A DNA stretch of 63,325 bases, filler included, from Octopus bimaculoides (GCF_001194135.2; 6 parts of 6 records of this genome joined end to end with filler, not necessarily neighbours in it); one strand, 5' to 3'; positions 25,349 through 36,625 are shown, numbered from the whole stretch's first letter. Notes: generated from the sequence alone by a model not told the origin. A program made the numbers and translations.

Positions 25349-25790
25349 AAATGATTTATTTATCTGACTTACCACGACTTGTATATCATCTACCCGTGGC
25401 CTCCTGTGTTCAGTCTTCAAATGTTGCATTGCTCTACAGATCTGGTCTACAGAATTCATCCTTTTCCCTACCTAAAACTCCACCCACCCAATTTTTGCCT
25501 AGTCAGGGGTTTAGGTTTCACTGCTGTTTTTTTTTTTTATATTTAGTTTATATTTAACAATCATGATATTGCTACACTTGTGTAAACTGCTGTAGAGTGA
25601 TTAATTTACTGTAAAACATTTTGTCGAAGTCTATTTGAAATTTTCTCAAGTCTCCATTTGGTTTTAAATGTATAATTTTTTTCCATTTTTAGAATGCTAT
25701 TTTAGACGATTTGTTGTCAGTATTAAAAAAATAACAAACAAAAAAAATTAAAACAAACCCCAATTATTTATTAAAGCAATGTTCATCATA
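25349..25790 (+). other. Candidate terminal exon / 3' UTR of an unresolved host gene
   Basis: Acceptor tttttgtttgttttctattttcag at 25325-25348; ATTAAA at 25770-25775 followed by GU/U-rich ctttgtttttgttgttg; competing minus-strand reading at 25373-25459. Confidence 0.3.
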
Positions 25791-26204
25791 CTTTGTTTTT
25801 GTTGTTGTTAATCTTACTTTTGTATATTCATGCTTTTATTTTGTTTTGATGTAATAATTAAAATGCAGTTGTGATCATTAGCTTCAGTTTATTATTATTA
25901 TTGTGAAGGCATGTGGCCTAGTGGTTTGGGTATTGTACTCATGATATCGAAATTATGGGTTTGATTCCTGGACTGAGCACTGCATTGTGTTCTTGAGCAA
26001 AACACTTCATTTCACATCGCTCTGTGATCATTTCAACATCTGACATCTGACACACTTGTGCACCTGTTCAGGCAATGTTGGTTTGATGGAGGGAGTGTAC
26101 AGTGCATACATTGGATCACTATAAACAAACCATTTGTGCAGGTCATTCAGCAATAGCTGAACACACATACATTGTCTTCAACAGGAGTCCATTATTATTA
26201 TCAT

Positions 26205-26570
26205 TAAATTAGCATGCTGAGCAGAATGCTTAGCAGCATTTTGTCCATCTGGGTGCTCTGAGTTCAAATTTCACCGGGGTTGATTTTGTCTTTCATCCTT
26301 TCGAGGTCAATAAATTAAATACAAGTTGAATACTGGGGTTGATGTGATTGACTATCCTCCTCCCCACAAATTCCAGGCCTTGTGCCTATAGTAGAAAGGA
26401 TTATTATTCTTTTCTACTTTCGGCACAAGGCCCAAAATTTTTGGTGAGGGGACCAGTCGATTGGATCGACCCCATTGTGCAACTGGTACTTATTTTATTG
26501 ACCCCGAAAGGATGAAAGACAAAGTCGACCTCGGCGGAATTTGAACTCAGAATGTAAAGACAGAAAGGAT
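26205..26570. mobile_element. Tail-to-tail inverted pair of SINE A copies (26205-26400 +, 26405-26570 -)
   Basis: gagttcaaattt...ggccttgtgcctatagtagaaagg / cttttctactttcggcacaaggccc...aatttgaactc; arms separated by only ~10 nt. Confidence 0.8.
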
Positions 26571-26580
26571 TATTATTATT

Positions 26581-26940
26581 ATTACCTCTGCCTTAGCGAA
26601 GGCGGAGGTATTGTTTTCAGTTGTGTTTGTTCGTTTGTCCGTGGACAAGATATCTCAAGAACTGCGGGATGGATTCCGATGAAACTTTCAGGGATGTTTG
26701 GCCTCACGACTGTCATGAACTGATTAGATTTTGGGATCGATCTGGTACCAGATAAGGATTCTGGATTATTTTTCCGTTTTTTTATTTTACTTAATTTATG
26801 AGAGCGGTTGGGTTCATTTTTAGTATTCTCGCTTGTGAGAGCAGTCGAGTTTATTTCAGATATTATCATTTTAAAAATCATCTCCAGCTAATTGTTAAGA
26901 AGACATTGGTGCTGCCTTGGCAGAGGTTTGTGCTCTTGTT
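26581..26940 (+). mobile_element. DINE-1/HINE-like non-autonomous Helentron element
   Basis: 5' attacctctgccttagcgaaggcggagg hairpin, gtttgttcgtttgtccg microrepeat, core ggattccgatgaaactttcagg, subterminal inverted repeat ggcagaggt at 26919-26927. Confidence 0.65.
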
Positions 26941-28449
26941 GTTATTATTTTGCTGTTTCAATTTAAATTCAATGTTGTATACTCTCAGATATGGCTGGAA
27001 AACTTGCCTCACAATCATGCTGTTTTGAGTTAGGTTTCCCTGTGTGGCAGCTTGGACAAATGTCTTCTATATAGACTCCAGACTGACTAAGGCCTTATAA
27101 GTATATTTGGTAGGCAAAAACAGAAAGAAATTTGTCATTTGTGTGTGTGTGTGTGTGTGTCTTTGTTTTGACATTGTGCACTAATTGTGTAGTTTGAAGT
27201 CTTCTAATGGAAACTTGTCTGGCTGTTATGCTGTTCATTGGTCAAAGGACTAGGGAAATATCACCTTGCTTTGAAACAGGTGATGGTTGGTAGCAGGAAG
27301 GGCATCCAGACGGTAAAACATCTGCATCACTGAATTTCATCTGACCCATGCAAGCATGGAAAAATAGATGTTAAAACAAGGCTGCTGATGACTCCCATTT
27401 ATATTCGTCTTACTTATCTGTCACATTGCTCTGAATGAATGAACACATCGTAGAATAACGAGCATTCTTTAATTTTATGGGGTACAAAACCATCCCGCAA
27501 GTGATTCATGGTAGGAATGGCATCCAACCATAGAAACCAAGCCAAAACTGAAATGTAGGAGTGAAATATGATCCTCAAAACTGTCTTGGAGGAATTTAAC
27601 TTTGTGGGAATATCTATGATCACAGGTCTGCTGAATCAAAGCTCGCTTAGAGTTAAACTAACAAAAAATAGTAACCATTAACAATAGTCTTGTGTATATT
27701 AGTTTTCCTTGCAGTGTTGGTGAAGCAACAGAACCACCTGTCTCTCTATTTCTGTTATTTAATTTTCCTGCGAAGCTCATCTTTTCAAATGAAATGTAAA
27801 AGATGGCTGTATATTATACTAGGCTACTGAACCAGTTATCATAAGTCAAACAGGACTTCTGATATCCTGCCCATGCCTGAGATATATTATTCAGTTTTGA
27901 ATTTTTTTAAGTCTGGAATCTAAATCTGGTGCCATAGTTGAATGAACTTCTCATAAAAAATTTGAAAATGTGCAGCTACAAAACATTTACACTAACAATA
28001 GAGGCAAAATTTAGTATTTACAGATAAATACAAGAAAATGTACAGTTGATCAGGAAATGATGTAAAACAGCTTTAATGTTCTTTGGTTATAAGTAGGTAT
28101 CTATGTGTCATCATCATTATTATTATGTCTATTTTCCCAGGCTTGCATTGACTGGATGGGTTTACTCCAATGCAACATCTTCCTACTTTTTTTTTTTTTT
28201 TGTTCCCTGCCACCTGCTTTGTGAGATTTTAACCCTTTAGTATTCAGATTATTTTGTCAAATGCAATGCTTTTTCATTCACATTGTATTTAATTAATCAT
28301 GCATTATTTTGTTGTTTTGAAATGTTGATGATGAGATTGTATATTTTATTGTGGCGTTGAAGGGTAGTTGTGATAAGCTGGTTTTAGCTGGTTAGAACAT
28401 AAAACCGATAGCATATCTGGGTTGAATACGACTGGTTTAAATGCTAAAT

Positions 28450-29460
28450 GGTTAACTTCCTAAGGCTACTATTCACTATTTCTACCTATGTCAGCCTAGC
28501 TTTTCTTCATCAGCTGCTTTCACTTGGATATATTTGTACTTCTTTATCCAACTGTCTTCATATGCATTACATGTCTGTATCAGTACAGCTCTCTCTCTTG
28601 CATTTGATGTGTTATCCCTCTTATAAGCATTTTTTTTTTATCCATTGGTGCTTTATTTGTTATACCCTGTAACATTATGCTTCCAACAAGCACATTCACT
28701 TGATTTGTCTCCAGTTTTTTTTCATGTCATCAGTATTCAGTGTCCATGTTTCACTCCTTTGTAACATTGCATTTTGTATACAAACATCATACATTATAAC
28801 CCTTACTTGAAAAGAGAAAGCCTTTCCTGTCAATAGATGCAACTTTTTCTATCCTCTTTTTACTTTACTTACTATGCACCCACTTCCACTGCCAATTATG
28901 TCACCTTCTTAACAAAAGCCATGACTACTTCTGTGGAGTTTTCAGAATATTTGAAGGAATTCTTTTCACATACCCTCACTGCTAATTAATGTGTATTTGC
29001 CACATACAAAGGCTTCTTCAACTTGTGTATAATCTCACTGTACTTATTGTGTACCCATTGTTTGCAGTGGATGTGCTATGAAATTTCTACTTACTTTCCT
29101 GCATACTGAGTATGGCCTCTTTTTTTTCTTGCCTTGAGGTCCCTCATTTGAAGGCTTTGCTTCAAATTCATTTATGAAACCTAGGTTGTTATTATACAGG
29201 AAATCCTGAGGACAGCTGGTTTTTAAAACCTCTGTTACAGCGTGAAGGTTTATAATAAGCAGGAAAGGATTTGTAACCAAGCCTTCATGGAGACCTGATT
29301 TCACATTAAATTTCTTGCTGAACTCATTTTCAGCTCTCTTTTTGCTGATGGCATCGTTGTACATGTCCTGCAGTTCTTGCAAGTCATTCATCTGCACCTA
29401 TTTTTCTTTAAAATTACAAACTATTGTACCTTGTCAAAGGCCTTCTCTAGATCAACAAAT
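28450..29460 (-). mobile_element. Decayed RTE-like LINE reverse transcriptase fragment
   Basis: EKAFDKV...MYNDAISKKRAENEFSKKFNVKSGLHEGLVTNPFLLIINLHAVTEVLKTSCPQDFLYNNNL; downstream VCIQNAMLQRSETWTL. Confidence 0.75.
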
Positions 29461-29649
29461 GCTTATTTAGCAGTTTACTCTTAGCTAAGAAATTTTAGTT
29501 GTCTTACTAAGAAGAGGGAAACAGTAGTAGTTCTGTGTGGTTATATATGTGTGTGTGTATGTATGTATATACGTGTGTGTATGTATATATATGTGTGTAT
29601 GTATGTATGTGTGCATGTATGTATGTATATGTGTGTGAGTGTGTGTATA

Positions 29650-29790
29650 CAGGGTGTGGCAGAGAGATTACCTCGATTTCAAAGGTTATTAAAAAACAAA
29701 CATGAAGGTACAAGAAAAAATTTTGTATTTCTCTGAACTACATTAAATGCTCTCCACTCCAGAGTATGGTGGCTACTATCGGAAACAGAA

Positions 29791-29824
<34 letters not shown>

Positions 29825-29930
29825 GCATTTAATGAACTTCACAGAAATACAAAGTTTTTTCATGCATCTTCATGTGTTTGTTTTTTTTCATTAACCTTTG
29901 AAATCAGGGCAACCTTTCTGCCACTCCCTG
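29650..29930. mobile_element. Tc1/mariner-type MITE with TA TSD
   Basis: TA|CAGGGTGTGGCAGAGAGATTACCTCGATTTCAAAGG ... cctttgaaatcagggcaacctttctgccactccctg|TA. Confidence 0.85.
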
Positions 29931-30251
29931 TATATGCATGCATGTGTGTGTGTGTATGTATAGATATGCCTATGTGTGTGAGTGTATGTGTATGTATATA
30001 TATATATATATAGAAACGAGAGATGGAAGATACGATAGATACACAACAATAATTCTACTGCTCATAACAATAAATGGATCTAGTCTTTTTCATTCACTAA
30101 ATGAGCCCCCTTTAATTTTGCTCAGATTGCTTTCAATTTTGGTGTATCGATGCAACTCTGAATTTTGATTACGATCAACCAATTACTTTATCTCGTATAT
30201 TAAAGAATCTGATGTTATTTGGAATTAAAGTTTGGAAATTTGGGTAATTTT

Positions 30252-30299
30252 AGCCAATCAACAGACAGCGAGGCATTAACAGCTCGTTACCATGACAAC
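30252..30299. promoter_or_regulatory. CCAAT box plus RFX X-box, candidate promoter
   Basis: AGCCAATCA at 30252-30260; GTTACCATGACAAC at 30286-30299 matches the X-box consensus GTNRCCATGRYAAC; locally CpG-containing. Confidence 0.55.
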
Positions 30300-31044
30300 C
30301 GCACGTTGTATTGTGTTTCATCCGCATATTGTGTTGATTCTTCGTGTTTTGTTTTAATAAAAATTATATTTATCAATTAGAATTTTATTATAGAAATTTT
30401 TCGTCAGTTGTCTTAATATTTTACACATTTTTCATATATAGCAAAAGTTGTTTGCGATGTTTATATAGTTTCTTGCCATTAATGGAATATGTGACTTAGT
30501 ACACAACCACACAACTACACATCAAGCACAGTTCTGACAAAGCATCGGTCACTCATCGACTCAGTATAATACTGAAATACGCATAAACACATGCAGACAA
30601 ATATATTAATATAACAAATTAAAAAAGCCCCCCAAAACATACAATCAATGAAGAGACAAAAAAAAAAAGAAACACTAAGATGATACATGTTGATTTTATT
30701 AGATATTTATGTTTATTGCGAAACCTGCAATGAAGAGGTCATTTCACAAGGTACAACCTTAAAGTTGACACCACTCTGCTAAACGCAGAAAATTTCTGTC
30801 TCGCTATTGACTAAGAATACAGTTTTTTCGATTTTTAAACCTCTGTAACTTTTTCCTCCACAATATCATACCTTCATAGCAATTAGACTGGAAAACTATA
30901 TTATTATAACCAATTCTCAGATTTTTTAACTGTCTTTTTAAAAAATGCATATTTTGCGAATGAAAAAATTAGATCCTAATAAATTGTCCTAACCCTGTAC
31001 AACACACTAGAACAAATAATATCTTATTCACTTAGTTTTACATG

Positions 31045-31748
31045 TTTAGACTTTTATTCTCCATTTGAAGCAATGCATCGTTTTTTTCTTCATCTCTTCC
31101 ACATCTGCAAATTCCACCGCACCAGCTTTTGTCACCAGTGATGACCTTCGAAAAAAGATCAGGATCAACTTCCAACTGTTCTTTCAGTTCACGACACGTG
31201 TTCAGTTGTGACTGCTTTTGATCTTCCTTGAGCAAGCGAAGCAAATTTTGCTGCAACTCTTTGCATTTGCAAATTCCTCGTTCAAAATTCGTTGGCAGGA
31301 GCTCCAGGACACACCTGTCATATTAAGTTCGTCAATTGTTCAGTGACGGTCCTCCAAGATCAGTTCATGAAATTTCATGATTTTATTCATTTGGGCGGTT
31401 GACGGTCGCCCTGATGGGGTTGGTCCTCATGCGACAAGTAACCATTCCTAAAGCGTGAAAATCACTCGTGAACTTGTTTTGCTCCTAGCAGCGTCCTTGT
31501 AAGCTATTTGAAGCATGACAACTATTTCAGCCGCTGTTCCTTCATTTCAACCATCGCAAAAATCGACGAACAGAAGAGAAGCACTACAAAACAAAGACGC
31601 GCCACGTGGCAGTATGACCACACTGGACAATGCCGATCGGCAGACTGATGCCTAAGGATCGCATCAAGAGGCTTCTAGTGGTGGAAGCCTGAACTACAAA
31701 AGGCTTGTCCTACAGAAAACATTTCTGGTTACTTCGTGTACCCCCTCG
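31045..31748 (-). mobile_element. Internally deleted mariner element
   Basis: TA|CGAGGGGGTACAC terminus; LLKEDQKQSQLNTCRELKEQLEVDPDLFSKVITGDKSW fused to C-terminal FADVEEMKKK. Confidence 0.8.
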
Positions 31749-32989
31749 TATATATCTATATCTATATATATACGCATATGTGTGTGTGTATGTGTAAATA
31801 CATGAGAGTTTCTATGAAAATTTTCATTGACTTTTTTTTCCCCCTTTTTCTAAGTACATATTATTTCTTAATTCTTTCTAAATGCATCATTTAGGAAGCC
31901 TCCTAAATATGCAATTTAAGAAGCTTTAATGCTTCCTAAATAAGTTATATTAAATACTACTATTGTTTATCATGCAAATAACGCATAAATTAATTGATTC
32001 ACATGTTTATCTAATCAGTTTAAAGCTGGTAAAGTCAAGAATAAAGAGAATTTTCTGCACAAGGGAGGCAACATATAGTTAGTTAGCTCCCTTCCCTCGA
32101 AACTACCATACGAATGCTGAAATATTTTATAGTTGATTGGGCGCGCGTATGTGTGTTTAGAAATTGGGGAATGGGAAAAGGAATGAAGAAATTTGAGAAA
32201 CGACTGAAGGGAAGAGAGAAACAACTACGCAGAAAGAGGAAGTAACAACAGTGCATTCATTGCTAAAATAGAGGAAGGGGGTAATAAATGGAACATTTTC
32301 TGCAACGAAGAAAAATCGGGAGTGTTTGTGTGTGGGTGTATGTGAAAGCAAGAGAGAGAGATAGATAGAGAGAGGGTGTGGTGGGAGAAGATATTTAGAC
32401 ATCCATTGCAACAAAGAGTAGAGATAAAGTGTGTGAAAAACGTAAAGGGAGAGGGTAGAGGTATTCACTTATTAGCTACTAGAAGAAGGACGGACGTAGA
32501 CACATGCATGTGCGTATATGTTTATAGAGAGAAGACAGATGCTACTAATCCTGAAGAGAAATATTGAGCAGACGACAGATATCACGGATGATCAACATAC
32601 AAGTGAAGAAACAAATATTATTTTTAGATTGGCGGTTTTCAGTCTTTTTGTTAGTTCCTTCTGAGTCTAACTTCCTCATATAGCCATCCCACAGACCAAT
32701 TAATCTTTAAAAAATTTTATCTCTTTCAATGTTTATTAATTGCAGCCGTACAATATTAAGGCAGGTTTTGAAATAGCTTATAAAAACATTCTAAGCAGAT
32801 AAGATTAGCATATAGAATTTTTAAAAGACATAGATGTATAACAGGAGTTTAAGCCAACAGGACTACCAAAGATAAGATGATTAGTACAAGGTGAGCCTAC
32901 GTTTCGCAGTTATATTTCTGTGGAGCCTTCTCAATAACTGTAATTATAATGTTCCATTATTGTTTTTAAAAATTCTGGTTTAATGTCCG

Positions 32990-33520
32990 GTATAGTCGGT
33001 CTCTAGCGAGTGTTGAGAAAAGAAGAATGCTGGAGTGCGAGCTAGCAACCTTGCCTTCATTATTGATATTGCTACGGAAAAGAGGAGTAGATTCATTAAC
33101 AAGGTAGCGAGATGGTACATCCGTTGGTGCTTCTATGATGGTGGCGGACAAAAGAAAGCTCGCCCTTTGATCAGATAGATTTTCACTCAATTATATCACG
33201 ACAGTGGTCAGCATACTGTTCCATAGCGAACAGTCGAAACAGGTACGCTAAAGATGACCATCTACTATGTAGTCAGGCCAGTGTTATTTAGTCAGTCGAA
33301 ATAAGAGAGTTCTACACTCTGGTCAGAAATAACATCATAATCAAGGGGTTGACATCATCTTGAGTGGGGAGTGGGGCATGCATTTGACTAGACCAATGAG
33401 AGCCTTTTTCGAATGGAAGCCAGAAGCGAGGCAGTCTTACAAGACTAGTTGAGGACTATGGAGGAGGACCTAGCAGATGTGTACCTGTCGTGGGAGCAGG
33501 CTTATGATAGGGCTTGCGAT
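32990..33520 (+). mobile_element. Very old RTE-like LINE 3' remnant
   Basis: Fragments IYYVVRPVL and FEWKP... resemble the post-RT region of RTE ORF2; heavily decayed. Confidence 0.35.
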
Positions 33521-33834
33521 CGTTCTGGGTGTATGTATGTGTGTGTACGTGCGCGTGTGTAGGATATAAACCTTCGCTAGTTTCTCTCTTCTTTGGTTTA
33601 TTTTTATTTCTCTGTCTAGTTGTTTGATGCTGAGTTTTATTTCGGTTGTGAGCGGTTTTGGTCAGTTGTATTTGACATTGTCTCTATTTACAAGGAAGCA
33701 TTTAAGTGGTCATTCGGCCTGAAAGAAATTGCAGCCAAATTGTCCTCATACATTATACCCACCATTTTAAAAACAGCGAAATATACACGAGAGACTAATA
33801 CAGAATATACATGTCAGAAAAAAAAATGAAAAGA

Positions 33835-33864
33835 AAAAAACATTAAGTTAAATTATAATTTATT
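33835..33864 (-). terminator. Poly(A) signal and U-rich downstream element of the peptide gene
   Basis: AATAAA at 33864-33859, ~75 nt after the stop, followed about 20 nt later by ttttttttcttttcatttttttttc. Confidence 0.6.
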
Positions 33865-33938
33865 ATCTTTTTTTCCCCGAACAATCTCGCAAAAAAAAAC
33901 ATGAAGTAACATTGCTATGACTAACATTAGTCGCCGTG

Positions 33939-34184
33939 CTAGGCCAGATATACTTGACAGAAGGAATAGTATAATTTTTCTTGAGCACAGCAGCCGTTGT
34001 AGACATCTATATCTTCCATTGCTCGTGCACACAAATAACACAGACGGTATACGTCTTCATCCGTTTGACAAAATTGCGGTCGGGGTATTTTGAATTCAAT
34101 CTTGCGGTTGTGAGGGAGACCTTCAGCCAAATTACATACCAGTACCATTGTTATGGCAGCAAACAATACCAATGTAGATCGCAT
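33939..34184 (-). CDS. Secreted six-cysteine prepropeptide (81 aa), neuropeptide/hormone- or toxin-like, family unassigned
   Basis: MRSTLVLFAAITMVLVCNLAEG signal peptide (A-x-G cleavage), LPHNRK pro-segment with dibasic site, 53-aa mature region with C39-x9-C49-x2-C52-x12-C65C66-x9-C76; acceptor AG directly before ATG; downstream poly(A) signal; no repeat content. Confidence 0.85.
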   Translation of the reverse strand: MRSTLVLFAAITMVLVCNLAEGLPHNRKIEFKIPRPQFCQTDEDVYRLCYLCARAMEDIDVYNGCCAQEKLYYSFCQVYLA

Positions 34185-34215
34185 CTAGAAATAAAACAAA
34201 TAAATAAGTACTTAG
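34185..34215 (-). promoter_or_regulatory. 3' splice site directly preceding the peptide ATG
   Basis: ctaagtacttatttatttgttttatttctag|ATG; implies a non-coding upstream exon. Confidence 0.7.
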
Positions 34216-34826
34216 TGTTGCACTTCGAATAACTGAATCTTTAACTATATATTATTTTTTTTATATTCAGTGCATCGAAACTCCCCCTCTCTCTCTCTCT
34301 CTCACACACGCACGCACACACACACACGCACACACACCTACGCGCGCGCGCGCAATGAAAGAAGTGTACGACAGCTGAATGAAGAAATAAAAAGAAAATA
34401 AAGCGAGAACCGACACGGAAAGCTCCATTTCATCAACCCAAGAGTCATTATGATTTCGAGGATGGAAAAAGTTGGGATCGCTCGTCTTGGAATGTGCCAT
34501 GATAAACAACAAAGCGAAACAAAGTGAAGTCTTCCAACTGAAAATACAGACCGGAGACGTAATACTGACGCGAAAAACACGGACAAAGATGTACAGAGTA
34601 TCAACAAAGAGGTTGTCTTTCCACCAGGGAAATTAGAAAAAGACTTTAGTTTAAATACAACCTGAACAGTGAGAAATATTAAATGTTCGCAACACAAAAG
34701 AACGATAGGAAGGAGGGACAGAAGTATATATACATACGCAGGAGCGCACACGCACTACTCACCCTATATATACACACATATCGATTTATACATATATGTG
34801 TGCCCGTGTGTATGTATGTATGTATG

Positions 34827-34864
<38 letters not shown>

Positions 34865-34934
34865 AATATACATAAAAAAGAAGAGTGAGATAAAGAGATC
34901 AATGGCATAAGTAAATTTATATTTTATGTAGAAT

Positions 34935-34982
34935 GTCTTACAGCTGTTTCAGGGAAATTCAATGTATCCCTTCATCGGAGAC
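34935..34982 (-). ncRNA. Minimal type I hammerhead ribozyme (Penelope-type), U4C core variant
   Basis: GTCT-CCGATGA-AGGGA(tacattgaatt)TCCCT-GAAA-CAGCTG-TA-AGAC: stem I 4 bp, stem II 5 bp, palindromic stem III ACAGCTGT, GUA cleavage triplet. Confidence 0.75.
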
Positions 34983-35282
34983 GGTAATAGTAGAAGATAA
35001 GAATTATTACATCTGTATGAGGAGATTTGCAGTAAGAAATGAGAGCTACGCGGAAAAGAAAAAACATAGATACATAGATATATAGATACATACATACATA
35101 CATAAAAAAATGGTGCCATCAACATCACCTGTGCAGGCGTAGGAGACCGTTTAAAAATGCTATTTGAAACTTTTTCTACTACAATTATATCGACTCACCC
35201 AGCCTAATTTCAGAAACTGACTTATTTCTTCAGTAAAAGAGAAATACCTATTGGTCTTATTCAAAACAGATTACAAAGTATG

Positions 35283-35756
35283 TCTTACATTATGTGGAGT
35301 TTCGCTTGTGCGATCATGGTTGATATTGATAACAATAATACTGTAGTGTTATGGGCTGTGATGAGCTGTGTGTTGTTGGTGGAGAGAGGTGAGGCAAACA
35401 GAAGTGAAGCCAGACCGGAAGTCGGAGACATGCGGTCGAAGGCCAGCACGTGGGTGAATGAGAAAACAGACAGGTTACGAGAAAGACGTGTTTTGATCAA
35501 GAGCGATCGTGTACTCCGCTGCGGTCGACAAGGTAAGGTCCAACGTTTCATTCTGTCCTTTTGCTTCTTGTTGTCTTTTTCCTCCATCACACCACAAATA
35601 CCATCATCAATACCAAGCCAAGTAGTGCTGGGAAGACCTATAAGTTATTTAAGACGGCATAAGTGTTCTTTTCACGTGAGTTGGTCTTTACATTTTGATA
35701 AAAATCTGCTCCGGTGCTATGAAAAGCCCCCGAGATGACCTTTCTATTGGCTGGCT
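35283..35756. promoter_or_regulatory. CpG-rich candidate promoter / first-exon region, possibly bidirectional
   Basis: ETS ACCGGAAGT 35414-22, CACGTG 35447-52, TCACGTGA 35672-79, CCAAT (minus) 35750-46; plus donor AAG|GTAAGG at 35533, minus donor AAT|GTAAGA at 35288. Confidence 0.5.
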
Positions 35757-36625
35757 ACATGAGATAGCTAGAAAAAAAAATACCGGGACGAAGCTCACCC
35801 AATCTTAAACTATTTTAAAGCAAAAAAGCTTATGCACACAGGCTTCTTTCTTTGCAGAAAAATAGCTACCACAGATAGCAATTGTTATTGCAACTCTCTT
35901 TATACTAATCAATCTCCTCAAAATGCTAAAAGCTGGACAAAATCTGTTGTAACGGAGATGAAGAAAAATAATGTAAATAAGTCGTCACTGCTACATTAAA
36001 CTCTCCTATATCTTCACGTGTAACTGATTCGACAGGGGCAGCTGTGGAATATATTCAGAACATTTTGAAACTACTCTTCGTAAAATCTTTTCTAGTTTAT
36101 CTAAGCTGCCGTCAAGCAAGATTAAAGGAAAAGCTGGTTGCTATGATGTGAAAAGCTAAAGATGAAATTGCAGGAGAGCACATGGAATTATAGGGTTAAT
36201 AACTGGACTATTAATACCTTCTTATACACTGCTGTTTTAAACTTAAAGAGCATCTAAGAGAAATTTGCACTGGATGTGCTAATGAAATTACAAAAATCTA
36301 CACTGCCATAGCTGATGGTTAGCCACGATAATAAAATGTGGGGATGATGGCATAGAGTTCACATCTCACCACTTACATTTTATGCAAATAATAATGAGAT
36401 CATCCTACGTATCGGCAGTGAGCTCCTCAGGAGGAAATCACTTCCTGATAACCTCCCATACAATCCCAAAACAGCTGGACTACCATACATCAAAGAAGAC
36501 CTAAATGTGAAACGTTCTGCATACAAATAAAAAAAATGACTCCGCATGAATATGTTTCCCGAAGACTTGAAAATGACATAATACCAACATGAAGTGCTGT
36601 CTTTCTTGGACTCAACACTAATATA

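Noticed and set aside
33981-34232. 83-aa plus-strand ORF overlapping the peptide gene
   Set aside because: Antisense shadow of the minus-strand exon; no signal peptide, motif or splice support
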